A stretch of 64,000 bases of DNA from Macrostomum lignano (GCA_002269645.1 NIVC01002222.1:104539-168538), one strand, 5' to 3'; positions 1 through 13,653 are shown, counted from the first letter of the stretch. Translations and numbers: made by a program. Notes: a model not told the origin generated them from the sequence alone.

Positions 1-9
1 CCGCCGCAG

Positions 10-3000
10 GGCGCCGGCTGGTTCCGGTTCGCCAACACGGCGCGGCACGGCGCTGTGGTGGCGCTGGACTACAAGCTCAGCCTGCTGCTCCTGACGAGGG
101 CTCGCCTGAGTACGACCGCGCCCTGCACCGCTGCCACTCCCGGGCCGCCGACCGCATCCTGGCCGGCTGTCTGCAGAACGGCGGCCTGTACATCAAGCTG
201 GGCCAGGGCCTGTGCGCCATGAACCACATCCTGCCCGCTGAGTACGGCGCCAAGCTGCGCCTGCTGCAGAACGAGGCGCTGCGAAGGAAGAAGCACGACC
301 TGGACCGGATCTTCGCCGAGGATTTGGGCACATCGCCGGAGGCCGCCTTCGCTAGCTTCGATCGGCAGCCGTGCGCCTCGGCTAGCATTGCCGATGTGCA
401 CCGGTGCGAAAGGGGTGTAACCCGGGCAGGTGGCAGGGGTGCATGTAGTTAGAGTAGGGGATAATTGATGTCATTGTGGGGTGCGGGTAATTAGGGCAGG
501 TGATAATTGATGTCATTGTGGGGTGCGGGTAATTAGGGCAGGTAATAATTGATGTCAGTGCGGGTAATTAGGGCAGGTAATAATTGATGTTAGTGTGGGT
601 TGCGGGTAATTAGAGCAGGTGATAATTGATGCCAGCAGGGGTGCTGGTAATTAGAGCAGGTGATAATTGATGTTAGTGTGGGGTGAGGGTAATTAGAGCA
701 GGTGATAATTGATGTCAGTGTGGGGTGCGGGTAATTAGGGCAGGTGATAATTGATGTTAGTCTGAGGTGCGGGTAATTAGGGCAGGTGATAATTGATGTC
801 ATTGTGGGGGTGCGGGTAATTAGAGCAGGTGATAATTGATGTCATTGTGGGGTGCGGGTAATTAGGGCTTAGGGCAGGTGATAATTGATGTCAGTGCGGG
901 GGTGCGGGTAATTAGAGCAGGTGATAATTGATGTCAGTGTGGGGTGCGGGTAATTAGGGCAGGTGATAATTGATGTCAGTGCGGGTAATTAGAGCAGGTG
1001 ATAATTGATGTCATTGTGGGGTGCGAGTAATTAGGGCAGGTGATAATTGATGTTAGTCTGAGGTGCGGGTAATTAGGGCAGGTGATAATTGATGTTAGTC
1101 TGGGGTGCAGGTAATTAGGGCAGGTGATAATTGATGTCATTGTGGGGTGCGGGTAATTACGGCAGGTGATAATTGATGTCAGTGCGGGTAATTAGGGCAG
1201 GTAATAATTGATGTCAGTGTGGGGTTCGGGTAATTAGGGCAGGTAATAATTGATGCCAGCAGGGGTGCTGGTAATTAAAGCAGGTGATAATTGATATCAG
1301 TGTGGGGTGCGGGTAATTAGGGCTGGTGATACTTATAGTCAGTTGAAGGTGTGTGCTAATATAACAGGTAATAATTGATAAAAGCTTGGTGTGTCTACAT
1401 GTAATTGGAGCCGTTAAAACTGATTGCCTAATTTGGTTGAGCATAAATAACAATAATATAATCATTCAATATTTTGCAGCGCTGTGACCCAGTCTGGCCA
1501 GCCCGTGGCAGTCAAGGTGCAGCACGGCGACCTGCGCGGCCGCTTCCCCTCGGACATTCGCACCCTGGAGCTGCTGCTGCGATTCGTCGGCCTGCTGCAC
1601 CCGGACTTCAATTTCGCCTGGGTGCTGGCCGATCTCAAAGACACCCTCGCTCAGGAGTTGGACTTCGAGAATGAGGCGGCCAACGCTGAGCGATGCGCGA
1701 CCGATTTGAAGGGGCTGGCCGCGGTCCCGAGGGTGCACCGGGGACTCATCAGCAAGAGAGTGCTCACCATGGACTGGATTGACGGCGTCAAGGTGAGCGC
1801 TGAGCTTCGAGAGTTGGGGAAGCGGTTAAAAAGAGAAGAGATGAATTGAGGGGAGAGAAGAGATTAAGGGAGGGGAGAGAAGGAATGAAGGGAGGGGAGA
1901 GAAGAGATGAAGGGAGGGGAGAGAAGGAATGAAGGGAGGGGAGAGAAGAGATGAAGGGAGGGGAGAGAAGAGATGAAGGAAGAGGAGAGAAGAGATGAAG
2001 GGAGGGGAGAGAAGAGATGAAGGGAGGGGAGAGAAGAGATGAAGTCAGAGGAGAGAAGAGTTTCAGGACAGAGAACTCAGTTGAGCTGTCAATAAAGACT
2101 CCAGCCGCTCTCGCCCCCGGCGCAGATCAACGACAAAGCCGGCATTCAGTCGCTGGGCCTGTCGCTCACCGACGTCGACAACCAGCTGGTGCGAGTCTCG
2201 GCCCGCCAGATCTTCGGCACCGGCTTCGTCCACGCCGACCCGCACCCGGGCAACATTCTGGTGCGCAGGTCGGCGACGCGGCCCGGCAGGCCGGAGCTGG
2301 TGGTGCTGGACCACGGCCTGTACCAGCGGCTGAGCGAGTCGGAGCGCCTGGGGCTCTCCAAGCTGTACGCCGCGGCGCTGTGGCAGGACGATGCGGCGGC
2401 GAAGGCGTACGCCGCCGAGTTGGGCGTGTCGGACCATCGGACCCTGTGCGAGATCCTGCTGCAGCGGCCCGTGCTGAGCGGCGCCGGAGCGGCCAGGTCG
2501 CTTGCTTTTTTATGCTTGAGTCTTGAGTCTCCCTAGTCTCACATTGGTCTTACCTTTCAATCTCACCTCAGTCTCAACTTTCAATCTCACCTCAGTCTCA
2601 ACTTTCAATCTCACCTCAGTCTCAACTTTCAATCTCACCTCAGTCTCAACTTTCAATCTCACCTCAGTCTCACCTTTTCATCTCACCCCAGTCTCACCTT
2701 TCAATCTCACTCGAGTCTGACCTTTCAATCTCATCTCAGTGTCACCTTTCAATCTCACTCAAGTCTCACCTTTTAATAACATCCCAGTCTCGTCTTTCAA
2801 TCTCATCTCTCATCTCACTACAGTGCTCATTGCAGTGTTCCCTCCGCCACCCACCTTGGCAGGCGCCTGTTCCACGTGCACCACATGACCCCGGAGGAGC
2901 GGCGCTACATGGTGCAGATGGCGTCGGAGCGATTCGACCAGATCATGGCCACCCTGCGCCAGATGCCCAAGTCGCTGCTGCTCTGCATTCGCAACATTAA

Positions 3001-4252
3001 TACTGTGCGCTCTGTGCTGCAGGTGAGCGCTGAGCTGATTGCGGCTCTCTTCCCCTCTCTCGTCTCTTCCCATCCCTCTTCTCTTCCCATCCCTCTTCTC
3101 TTCCCATCCCTCTTCTCTTCCCCTCCCTCTTCTCTTCCCCTCCCTCTTCTCTTCCCCTCCCTCCTCTCTTCCCCTCCCTCTTCTCTTTCCCTCCCTCTTC
3201 TCTTCCCCTCCTTCCTCTCTTCCCCTCCCTCTTCTCTTTCCCTCCCTTTTCTCTTCCCCTCCCTCCTCTCTTCCCCCTTCCCCTCCCTCTTCTCTTCCCC
3301 TCCCTCTTCTCTTTCCCTCCCTCTTCTCTTCCCCTCCCTCCTCTCTTCCCCCTTCCCCTCCCTCCTCTCTTCCCCTCCCTCTTCTCTTCCCCTCCCTCCT
3401 CTCTTCCCCTCCCTCTTCTCTTCCCCTCCCTCCTCTCTTCCCCTTCCCCTCCCTCCTCTCTTCCCCTCCCTCTTCTCTTCCCTCCCTCTTCTCTTCCCCT
3501 CCCTCCTCTCTTCCCTTCCCTCCTCTCTTCCCTTCCCTCCTCTCTTCCCCTCCCTCTTCTCTTCCCCTCCTTCCTCTCTTCCCCTCCCTCCTCTCTTCCC
3601 CTCCCTCTTCTCTTCCCCTCCCTCCTCTCTTCCCTTCCCTCCTCTCTTCCCTTCCCTCCTCTCTTCCCCTCCCTCTTCTCTTCCCCTCCCTCTTCTCTTC
3701 CCCTCCCTCCTCTCTTCCCTTCCCTCCTCTCTTCCCTTCCCTCCTCTCTTCCCCTCCCTCTTCTCTTCCCCTCCTTCCTCTCTTGCCCTCCCTCCTCTCT
3801 TCCCTTCCCTCCTCTCTTCCCCTCCCTCCACTCTTCCCCTCCCTCCACTCTTCCCTTCCCTCCTCTCTTCCCTTCCCTCCTCTCTTCCCCTCCCTCCACT
3901 CTTCCCTTCCCTCCTCTCTTCCCTTCCCTCCTCTCTTCCCCTCCCTCCCTCCTCTCTGCCTAAGTGTGTCAATCGCAAAGCGCTGGCAACCGCCCTCCAG
4001 GACCATGGCCACCCGATGAACCGCTACCCGGTGATGTTCGCCGCTGCCCTTCGCGGCCAGTTCCCCGACCGCCTGCGCTGGCCGGACCGCCTCCGCCTCG
4101 GCTGGCTGCTGGCCGCCGCCTGGCTGCGCCTGCTGGCCGACCGGCTGGTGGCCGGGCTGGCCGCCTTCTACCTGAGCCGCTTCGCGCCGGAGGCGAGCGC
4201 CGCGATAGCCAAGACGGCGGCCAAGACCAGCGAGGCGCTTGGCGGGGTCTGA
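10..4252 (+). CDS. ADCK5: aarF-domain / ABC1 atypical kinase, ADCK5-like; 5' end lies outside the window
   Basis: Hand-spliced exons 10-403, 1480-1792, 2126-2496, 2863-3022 and 4001-4252, all GT..AG with matching phases. Motifs: [76 protein letters not shown]. There is one apparent single-C deletion at about 90. Confidence 0.88.
445..1330. repeat. ~42-bp minisatellite in ADCK intron
   Basis: Unit GTGTGGGGTGCGGGTAATTAGGGCAGGTGATAATTGATGTCA, about 20 copies with variants. Confidence 0.95.
1848..2060. repeat. ~22-bp GA-rich minisatellite in ADCK intron
   Basis: Unit GAAGGGAGGGGAGAGAAGAGAT. Confidence 0.9.
2535..2815. repeat. 24-bp minisatellite in ADCK intron
   Basis: Unit TTTCAATCTCACCTCAGTCTCAAC. 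Confidence 0.9.
3044..3958. repeat. CT-rich low-complexity tandem array in ADCK intron
   Basis: Almost pure C/T built from CCTCTCTTCCCCTC-type units. It explains the P/S/L and R/E/G ORFs. Confidence 0.95.
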
Positions 4253-4304
4253 CATGCCTGCCGCTGCGTCGCTGACCTCAGGGATGATTTAGTGTAGTAT
4301 ATTT

Positions 4305-4370
4305 GTCAGACCATGAAGCGCTGCAAGTTAAGCATAGTCTATCGCGGTTAGTATGCAGCTAAATGGGCTC
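4305..4370 (+). pseudogene. Degenerate 5S rRNA-like fragment (internal control region)
   Basis: AAGTTAAGCA...CGCGGTTAGTA...ATGGG recalls the box A / intermediate element / box C order of 5S rRNA. It is not a full-length 5S. Confidence 0.35.
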
Positions 4371-5051
4371 CTTGCGTCACCGTCACTTCTCCAGCGAGCG
4401 TGAAAATGTTAGTTAATCACAGTTTCACCGGCTTTGAAGTATAACAAATCACCAGAACAAGTCCATCAACCCAGTGCAAAGAAAACTCGGTTTGATATCT
4501 GTGAAACCTTTCTGAACCAACCCTATAGTATCTATTAATTATAGCTTCCCATGCCGTTCGTAGTTGAATTCTAGAATAATTCCAGTTATTATCGATCATA
4601 TATGCATAGCTAACTCAATTTCTGTGTAAATTGCATTTTATAGTTAATTGCCTTTTTGCCCAAGTCAAACTGATTAATTACCTGTACTATTACTAATAGT
4701 AGTTCGAGTATTCACTTTAACTGATCGATTTTCGCTGGCCTATCTGCCTGGTTAATTAATGGCGTTTGCAACTTTAGTTCAGTAAAAAAATTAAGTGTCT
4801 CAACATTCTCGTCTTTCTATCAATGAGCTGAGATTCAGTGTATGTGACTTTAAAGCATCGTTATTGTAATCGGTTCCTGAACTCAAAACTCATTTTGAGC
4901 TCGCGAAAAGTACACTCTGTCCTTAGAATTGCAGCTTTGTATTTTATTCTGATCTTTTGAGTTGAACTAACTAATCTCTTAATTGATCCATTTTTGGCTT
5001 TCTTTTTTTGTCTTTCAACGCTTGTCAGTGCCAACATTTAGTTAGCCACCC

Positions 5052-7405
5052 TATGGCCCATGGCCTCCTCTTGTGTCCCATGTCCTCCTCTTGTGTCCCA
5101 TGTCCTCATCTTGTGTCCCATGTCCTCCTCTTGTGTCCCATGTCCTCATCTTGTGTCCCATGTCCTCATCTTGTGTCCCATGTCCTCCTCTTGTGTCCCA
5201 TGTCCTCCTCTTGTGTCCCATGTCCTCATCTTGTGTCCCATGGCCTCCTCTTGTGTCCCATGTCCTCCTCTTGTGTCCCATGTCCTCATCTTGTGTCCCA
5301 TGTCCTCATCTTGTGTCCCATGTCCTCCTCTTGTGTCCCATGTCCTCCTCTTGTGTCCCATGTCCTCCTCTTGTGTCCCATGTCCTCCTCTGTGTCCCAT
5401 GTCCTCCTCTGTGTCCCATGTCCTCCTCTGTGTCCCATGTCCTCCTCTGTGTCCCATGTCCTCATCTTGTGTCCCATGTCCTCCTCTTGTGTCCCATGTC
5501 CTCCTCTTGTGTCCCATGTCCTCTTGTGTCCCATGTCCTCCTCTTGTGTCCCATGTCCTCCTCTTGTGTCCCATGTCCTCATCTTGTGTCCCATGTCCTC
5601 CTCTTGTGTCCCATGTCCTCCCTGTGTCCCATGCCCTCCCCTTGTATCCCATGTCCTCCTCTGTGTCCCATGTCCTCCTCTTGTGTCCCATGTCCTCATC
5701 TTGTGTCCCATGTCCTTCTCTTGTGTCCATGTCCTCATCTTGTGTCCCATGTCCTCATCTTGTATCCCATGTCCTCCTCTGTGTCCCATGTCCTCCTCTG
5801 TGTCCCATGTCCTCCTCTGTGTCCCATGTCCTCCTCTTGTGTCCCATGTCCTCATCTTGTGTCCCATGTCCTCCTCTGTGTCCCATGTCCTCCTCTTGTG
5901 TCCCATGTCCTCATCTTGTGTCCCATGTCCTCCTCTTGTGTCCCATGTCCTCATCTTGTGTCCCATGTCCTCCTCTTGTGTCCCATGTCCTCCTCTTGTG
6001 TCCCATGTCCTCTTGTGTCCCATGTCCTCCTCTTGTGTCCCATGTCCTCCTCTTGTGTCCCATGTCCTCATCTTGTGTCCCATGTCCTCCTCTTGTGTCC
6101 CATGTCCTCCCTGTGTCCCATGCCCTCCCCTTGTATCCCATGTCCTCCTCTGTGTCCCATGTCCTCCTCTTGTGTCCCATGTCCTCATCTTGTGTCCCAT
6201 GTCCTTCTCTTGTGTCCATGTCCTCCTCTTGTGTCCATGTCCTCCTCTTGTGTCCCATGTCCTCCTCTTGTGTCCATGTCCTCATCTTGTGTCCCATGTC
6301 CTCCTCTTGTGTCCATGTCCTCATCTTGTGTCCTATGTCCTCCTCTGTGCCCCATGCCCTCCTCTTGTGTCCCATGTCCTCCTCTTGTGTCCCATGCCCT
6401 CTTGTGTCCCATGTCTTCCTCTGTGTCCCATGTCTTCCTCTTGTGTCCCATGCCCTCTTGTGTCCCATGTCTTCCTCTTGTGTCCCATGTCCTCCTCTGT
6501 GTCCCATGTCTTCCCATGTCTTGTGTCCCATGTCTTCCTCTTGTGTCCCATGCCCTCTTGTGTCCCATGCCCTCTTGTGTCCCATGCCCTCTTGTGTCCC
6601 ATGTCCCTCTTGTGTCCCATGCCCTCTTGTGTCCCATGTCCTCCTCTTGTGTCCCATGCCCTCTTGTGTCCCATGTCCTCCTCTTGTGTCCCATGCCCTC
6701 TTGTGTCCCATGTCCTCCTCTTGTGTCCCATGCCCTCTTGTGTCCCATGTCCTCCTCTGTGTCCCATGCCCTCTTGTGTCCCATGTCCTCCTCTTGTGTC
6801 CCGTGTCCTCTTGTATCCCATGTCCTCCTCTTGTGTCCCATGTCCTCCTCTTGTGTCCCATGTCCTCCTCTTGTGTCCCATGTCCTCTTGTGTCCCATGT
6901 CCTCCTCTTGTGTCCCATGCCCTCTTGTGTCCCATGCCCTCTTGTGTCCCATGTCCTCCTCTTGTGTCCCATGCCCTCCTCTTGTGTCCCATGTCCTCAT
7001 CTTGTGTCCCATGTCCTCCTCTTGTGTCCCATGTCCTCCTCTTGTGTCCCATGTCCCTCTTGTGTCCCATGCCCTCTTGTGTCCCATGTCCCTCTTGTGT
7101 CCCATGCCTCTTGTGTCCCATGCCTCTCTGTGTCCCATGTCCTCCTCTGTGTCCCATGTCCCTCTTGTGTCCCATGTCCTCTTGTGTCCCATGTCCTCCT
7201 CTTGTGCCCCATGCCCTCCTCTTGTGTCCCATGTCCTCCTCTTGTGTCCCGTGTCCTCTTGTGTCCCATGCCCTCCTCTTGTGCCCCATGCCCTCCTCTG
7301 TGTCCCATGCCCTCCTCTTGTGCCCCATGCCCTCCTCTGTGTCCCATGCCCTCTTGTGTCCCATGTCCTCCTCTTGTGTCCCATGCCCTCCTCTTGTGTC
7401 CCGTG
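5052..7405. repeat. 20-bp minisatellite array (~2.35 kb)
   Basis: Unit TGTGTCCCATGTCCTCCTCT with 17-19-bp variants. It explains all the CPMSSSCV and GHKRRTWDT ORFs. Confidence 0.97.
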
Positions 7406-8619
7406 TCCTCACCCGTGTTTCATACCCTCAGCACTCCCTGTGCTATGACTGATTCATCCTACTCTACTTAAAGTAGCAAGCGCAGCAAATGCAAAATGCC
7501 CCAGCTACACTGCGAGCCTTGGAAATTTATCGCTAGCCCAAGGCAGTCAAAAATGCAGTTTTGTTTACGCATCAAACTCTCTCTGGCAGTGAATTTTTAG
7601 TTCGTTTCCAAAATTTGCTTTCCAAGAAAGCGAGCGCCGAATTAAATTCGTGCCAGTCTAGCGGGTCGGTCGGCGGCCCCACCCCCCCCCCCCTAGCAAC
7701 GAAATCATCCACCATTGGTATTGGGAGGTTCATGGCAAAACATGACCGCTCACGTCAATGCGATATTCTTAGCGAATTTCTGTCTATTCCTTGTTTCTGT
7801 TTGCCCCCGCGGGCTGCGGCCCTCTCTGCTGTGTTACCTGCGCTCCACCCTCCGGGGCACCACTCTCTCTAAATCCCTGTTTAAACAACCATTCAACATA
7901 TTGCTCCCTAGGGGCTGGGATAACAGTCGGGGGGGGGGGGTCTGGGCCGGCCTTTCAGAAACAGCCCCCCTCCCCAAGGCAGACAGATCCGCCATCAATC
8001 AATCATTATTCTCAGCCCGCTCCCCCCATCACTCTGCTACTCCCTGTCTTGATCGGTCAGGCATTTACCTGCGATGGCGCACTTGCAGGCTTCGCTACTG
8101 CTGTATCGCTCGGTTTTTATCCTTTATAAATTCTCTTAATCCAAGCCGGGGACTTCAAGGCTGCACTTTCGACTTTGACCGGCTATCGCCCCAGTATCCA
8201 ACAGAGCTGGGACTCGAACTCTAATCACTCATCGAATAGGGGCGGGGGGTCTGTAGTGATTCTCTGGCACTCCTGATTAGTCCCTTCCGCTCCTCCCGTT
8301 CGGCCTCCCGGGCGCACTGGGTCCTTGCTAACTTGTTAAAAGGAGTCGATGAAGCTGAGAAGCTGGGGAGCTCAGGAGGGGGGGGGCAGAGGAAAGCCAC
8401 GCGCCTGATTGGGCGGGGGAAGTGGCTCTTTTGAATTGATCTGCAGCTGCCCAGCTGCACTGGGTGGGAGCCGGAGTCTTCAAGCTTGTCCTGTTCTCAT
8501 TCTTCACTTGATTGACATTTCACTGCCCGGATTCCACCCGGATGTGGGGGCTACAGAGCTCACAGGATTGTTGGAGATTGCCGTACAGTGTCTAATCCTT
8601 CGGTTTTGGATCTCCCTGT

Positions 8620-8908
8620 TGCTGAGCCAGCCTCCCAGATCCTCAGTTGCTGGGCCAGCCTCCCAGATCCTCAGTTGCTGAGCCAGCCTCCCAGATCCTC
8701 AGTTGCTGAGCCAGCCTCCCAGATCCTCAGTTGCTGGGCCAGCCTCCCAGATCTTCAGTTGCTGGGCCAGCCTCCCAGATCATCAGTTGCTGGGCCAGCC
8801 TCCCAGATCTTCAGTTGCTGGGCCAGCCTCCCAGATCATCAGTTGCTGGGCCAGCCTCCCAGATCCTCAGTTGCTGGGCCAGCTTTCCAGATCCTTTGTT
8901 GCTGGGCC
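8620..8908. repeat. 28-bp minisatellite
   Basis: Unit CAGTTGCTGGGCCAGCCTCCCAGATCCT, about 10 copies. Confidence 0.93.
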
Positions 8909-9304
8909 ACCGCAAGGCTCACAGATAAGAAATTCCCAGATAAATTTTGCATGAGCGACCTAAGAAAACATTTTCTGAGTTTCCAAGCGGCATCCAGTCA
9001 GTCGGAGATGCTTGGTGATTGACATGCGAATGTCTGCTTTATTTAGGCTGAAACAATACACGAAAATTTATGGAATATTTCTGTAACTTTGGAAAAACTA
9101 TAAGTATTATGCGCACACTTTTATAACAATTATCAAAGTAAATTGGATTACAAATACACAAAGAATTAGGTTTTTACAACGAACAGTGGTTTACGATCTA
9201 CCAGAAATTGCACTAAGTGAAAGATGTGAGCTTAAAAAAAGCCCGTTAGTTTTAACAGCTGTGTAGGTAAACAGTTCCATTACTGAAATCCTCTGATTGA
9301 CAGC

Positions 9305-9855
9305 CTAGATTCTGGGCCAGTTTGCAAGCCATGCTGTTGCTGCTGTTGCTGCGGTTAAAGCGAATGTTGATGAAGCTGATGCTTCTGACCCGGTTGATGA
9401 TGACGTAACCAGGCTGCCGGCTGTAGCAGCGCAGAGGAGAGAGAGGGGGTGGGAGGGTGAGAGACTTCTGCGGAACTGCAATTTTGGGGATAATTGCAGG
9501 CTGGGGGCGGCTTGACCCCCCCCCCCGCCTGTTTCTGCGCCTTTCCGGGCTTCTCCTTGGCCGAAGCTATAGTCGCTTTGAGTCACTTTTGATGAAGCTC
9601 ACTGACTGCTTAGCACTGAAGTTCAGGGATCCTGCAGTATATATGACTGCTATAAAGCTATCAGCATGGGCTATGCCTCATCATAAATATAAGTGTGGAA
9701 ATTTCGCTGTCCATCCAGATATAATTTCCTCAAGGCGGCCAGTATTATTATTACTGAATTGTAATTTATAGCTTGCTTACCTTCTCTTGCCATAATCATA
9801 ATGCAATTATCTCTGCAATTGCCTGCCTTGCTATGTGCCTGCTGTATTTCACTAC

Positions 9856-9922
<67 letters not shown>

Positions 9923-9965
9923 GCCTGCCTGCCTGTCTGTCTGTCTGTCTGTCTGCCTGCCTGCC

Positions 9966-10026
<61 letters not shown>

Positions 10027-10069
10027 GCCTGCCTGCCTGTCTGTCTGTCTGTCTGTCTGCCTGCCTGCC

Positions 10070-10106
<37 letters not shown>

Positions 10107-13100
10107 GCCTGTGTCTGTCTGCCTTTGTCTGTCTGTCCGCCTGCCTGCCTGTCTGTCTGTCTGTCGGTCTACCTGTCTGTCCTGTCTGTCCAGCTCACAT
10201 GAGTGCTTGTCAATCCTGGACTCTGCAGCGTCGATGGCCTCAGCGCTGCCGGACGCTGTGCCGGGCTGGGAAGCGGCAGCGGGCCGGGACGCAGAGGATG
10301 CTGAGGCAGATGATGAAGCGTAATACGGCGGAGGCGCCGCTTTAGCCGCAGAATCCTTTGCCTTCTGCTGCTTCACCCGGCTGGGGTCTTGGAGCTCTGG
10401 AATGAATGAGAAGTGTAAAACTTAGCACTTTGAGATGCATTCCGGATTCGGGACTCCGATTGAGTATTCGGGACTCCGATTGAAGGTTCGGGACTCCGAT
10501 TGAAGGTTCGGGACTCCGATTGAGTATTCGGGATCCGATTGAGTATTCGGGACTCCGATTGAAGGTTCGGGACTCCGATTGAAGGTTCGGGACTCCGATT
10601 GCGTATTCGGGACTCCGATTGAGTATTCGGGACTCCGATTGAAGGTTCGGGACTCCGATTGAGTATTCGGGACTCCGATTGAGTATTCGGGATCCGATTG
10701 AGTATTCGGGACTCCGATTGAAAGTTCGGGACTCCGATTGAAGGTTCGGGACTCCGATTGAGTATTCGGGACTCCGATTGAGTATTCGGGACTCCGATTG
10801 AGTATTCGGGACTCCGATTGAGTATTCGGGACTCCGATTGAAGGTTCGGGACTCCGATTGAGTATTCGGGATCCGATTGAAGATTCGGGACTCAACTGTC
10901 TCAAGCGCCAGGACTCGAACTCACCCAGCACGTGAGCCGCTTTGCGGTCCTCACCCAGCTCGGACTTGGCCACGCACTCGTACACTCCGAAGTCTCCGGC
11001 GGTGAGGTTCCGCACCAGCAGGTCGATCCGCGTCATCGTCTGGAACCCGTCGCCGTCCACCTCGTCGCCAGCGCTTGTCGTCTGCTGGTAGAGGCAGTGC
11101 CGCCCGCCGCTCCAGCAGGTGGCCGCATCCGGTCCAGGGCGGAAGCGGCGGCCGCGGTGCTCCCAGTAGAGCTCGCGGATCGGCAGGCCGCTGACGGCGC
11201 ACATCACCATGGTAGAGTGGCCGCGGGACTGGCTGATCTGCTCGTTGGCCACGCTGACCCGCGGCCGGTCTGTGGCGGTCGAGAGCGAGAGAGGGGATCT
11301 CTTGCAGCGAGTCGTAGAGGTGAACCTTGAGACTTGAGAATGAATCGCAGAGAGTGAAACTTGGAGAGTGGATCTGATAAAGTGAATCGTAGAGTGAATC
11401 TTAAACATTGAGTCATAGACAACCCGTAGAGAGTGAGACCATACAGTGAGACCAAACAATTTTAGAGTGAATCTCATCGAGTGAATCACAGAATCCTACA
11501 AAGTGAGTCTTATCGATGGAATCATAGAGAATCGTACAGAGTGAATCTATAGAGTGAATCATACAGAATCTTAAAGAGTGAATCTTATCGAGTGAATCAT
11601 ACGAAATCTTACAGAGTGAATCTTATCGAGTGAATCATACAGAATCTTAAAGAGTGAATCTTGCAGAGTGAATCTATCGAGTGAATTATAGAGAATCGTA
11701 CAGAGTGAATCTTCTAGATTGAATCATAGAGAATCGTACAGAGTGAATCTTCTAGATTGAATCATAGAGAATCGTACAGAGTGAATCTTCTAGATTGAAT
11801 CATAGAGAATCGTACAGAGTGAATCTTCTAGATTGAATCATAGAGGATCGTACAGAGTGAATCATACAGAATCTTAAAGAGTGAATCTTAAAGAGCGAAT
11901 CTTGCAGAGTGAATCTATCGAGTGAATTATAGAGAATCGTACAGAGTGAATCTTCTAGATTGAATCATAGAGAATCGTACAGAGTGAATCTTCTAGAGTG
12001 AATCATAGAGAATCGTACAGAGTGAATCTTCTAGATTGAATCATAGAGAATCGTACAGAGTGAATCTTCTAGAGTGAATCATAGAGAATCGTACAGAGTG
12101 AATCTTCTAGATTGAATCATAGAGAATCGTACAGAGTGAATCTTCTAGAGTGAATCATAGAGAATCGTACAGAGTGAATCTTCTAGATTGAATCATAGAG
12201 AATCGTACAGAGTGAATCTTCTAGATTGAATCATAGAGAATCGTACAGAGTGAATCTTCTAGATTGAATCATAGAGGATCGTACAGAGTGAATCTTCTAG
12301 ATTGAATCATAGAGGATCGTACAGAGTGAATCCTATAGATTGAGTCCTAGACAACCGTAGAGAGTGAATGGTACAGAGTGAATCTTATAGAGAGAATCTA
12401 TAGAGTGAATAGTAGACAGTGAATCTTACAAAGTGAAACGCGGAGAGCGAAACTTAGAGTAAGTGAAGTGAATCTAAAATGAAGTCTAGGCATTACATAA
12501 GCTGTGCCCAGCTACTCACAGTGCACAACAACTCGAATCTCGCGCCTATCCGCCGGCTCCTCTCCGTTGTCGGCCAGACACTGGAAGATTCCGTCGCACT
12601 TCCGGCTAGCCGAGGCCACGGTGTACACCGGGCCGGAGCTCAGCGCTGTGAGGAGTTGAAGAGGGTGCAGGTGCTAATTGATTTGGAGCAGTTAATTTGG
12701 AAACCCAGGAGGGAGCAGAGTAGCTTAGCGGTAAGTCACGAGAAAGTCAGGGCCGCTCTAGACCTTGTGCAAGCGTGTGCCCAGCGAAAGACCCAGCTGA
12801 TTAGGCCATGGTAGCGGTTGTTGCCGCGATTTTCCGCAGTGCAGTCTTCTCCATACAGCCTTTTGCATGGCAATGGAGCGACCGGGTGACGCTGGTTTCC
12901 ACAGAGAGAGTTTTGTCAGTCGCGTTTGTCTATGGTCGAACCCCATTCATCTATTAGTATACTCAGTATGGGGGTTGCAGCCTAGTGGTTAGAGCGTCGG
13001 ACTCACGACTTGAAGGTCGGAGGTTCGATTCTCGGTCCACTCGGAACAATTCGTTTCTTTGGCAAGACACTTAACTCTGCATTGCTTTAGTTCACCCAGC

Positions 13101-13653
13101 TGTAAAATGGGTGCCAGCATCAGCTGGGGTAGTTGGGGTGTGTGATGCGACCCCCCCCCAGTTCTTGGACTGAACAGCCGTACGCAGCCTTCAGATGCGC
13201 CGCGCAATAGCTGCGGCTGAGCTGTCGGTTGCACATCTGCTCAATTAGGGCAGGTGTAATCAAGTATTATTATTTGGAGAACAAAATGGTGTTGCGCCAT
13301 AGACAAAATCGGTCGAGAGAAATCTGAGGCCATCTTTCAGCGGGTCAGGAGTGGGTTGCTACGAGCCGTATTGTATTTTTACCGATAGTCTCCAAGTTCC
13401 CAGATTCCGGGTTGACTGTCGACTCCCATGAATTTCTCGTTTATCATCTGCCTGTCGGACCTTCAAAGCGACAATTGGCGAATCATCGAAGCGCAGACGG
13501 TTGGTTGCTGGGAGAAATCAATCAGACGGTTCGAAGCGTGACTGCTATTCCCCATGCAAACGATATTTGTTGAGTTGTCAGGCAAATCCTTCGTTAATCC
13601 CTTTGAACTGTACTTTTACAGCGAATGGCCCGGGATTTAGTAAAATCTCTAAA

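Noticed and set aside
3023-4000. 458-aa ORF running through the last ADCK intron (978 nt, in frame, no stop)
   Set aside because: The C/T-only sequence cannot form stop codons. Canonical GT/AG sites join RSVLQ to DHGHP directly, so the read-through is a composition artefact.
5008-7471. ~800-aa Cys/Pro-rich ORFs resembling keratin-associated or metallothionein-like proteins
   Set aside because: They are open in several frames on both strands because the 20-bp unit lacks stops, and there is no unique coding sequence.
12970-13045. Possible functional tRNA genes at the SINE heads (also 28770-28840, 50730-50803)
   Set aside because: The acceptor and anticodon stems are not canonical, and each head is fused to the same downstream body, which identifies a SINE.
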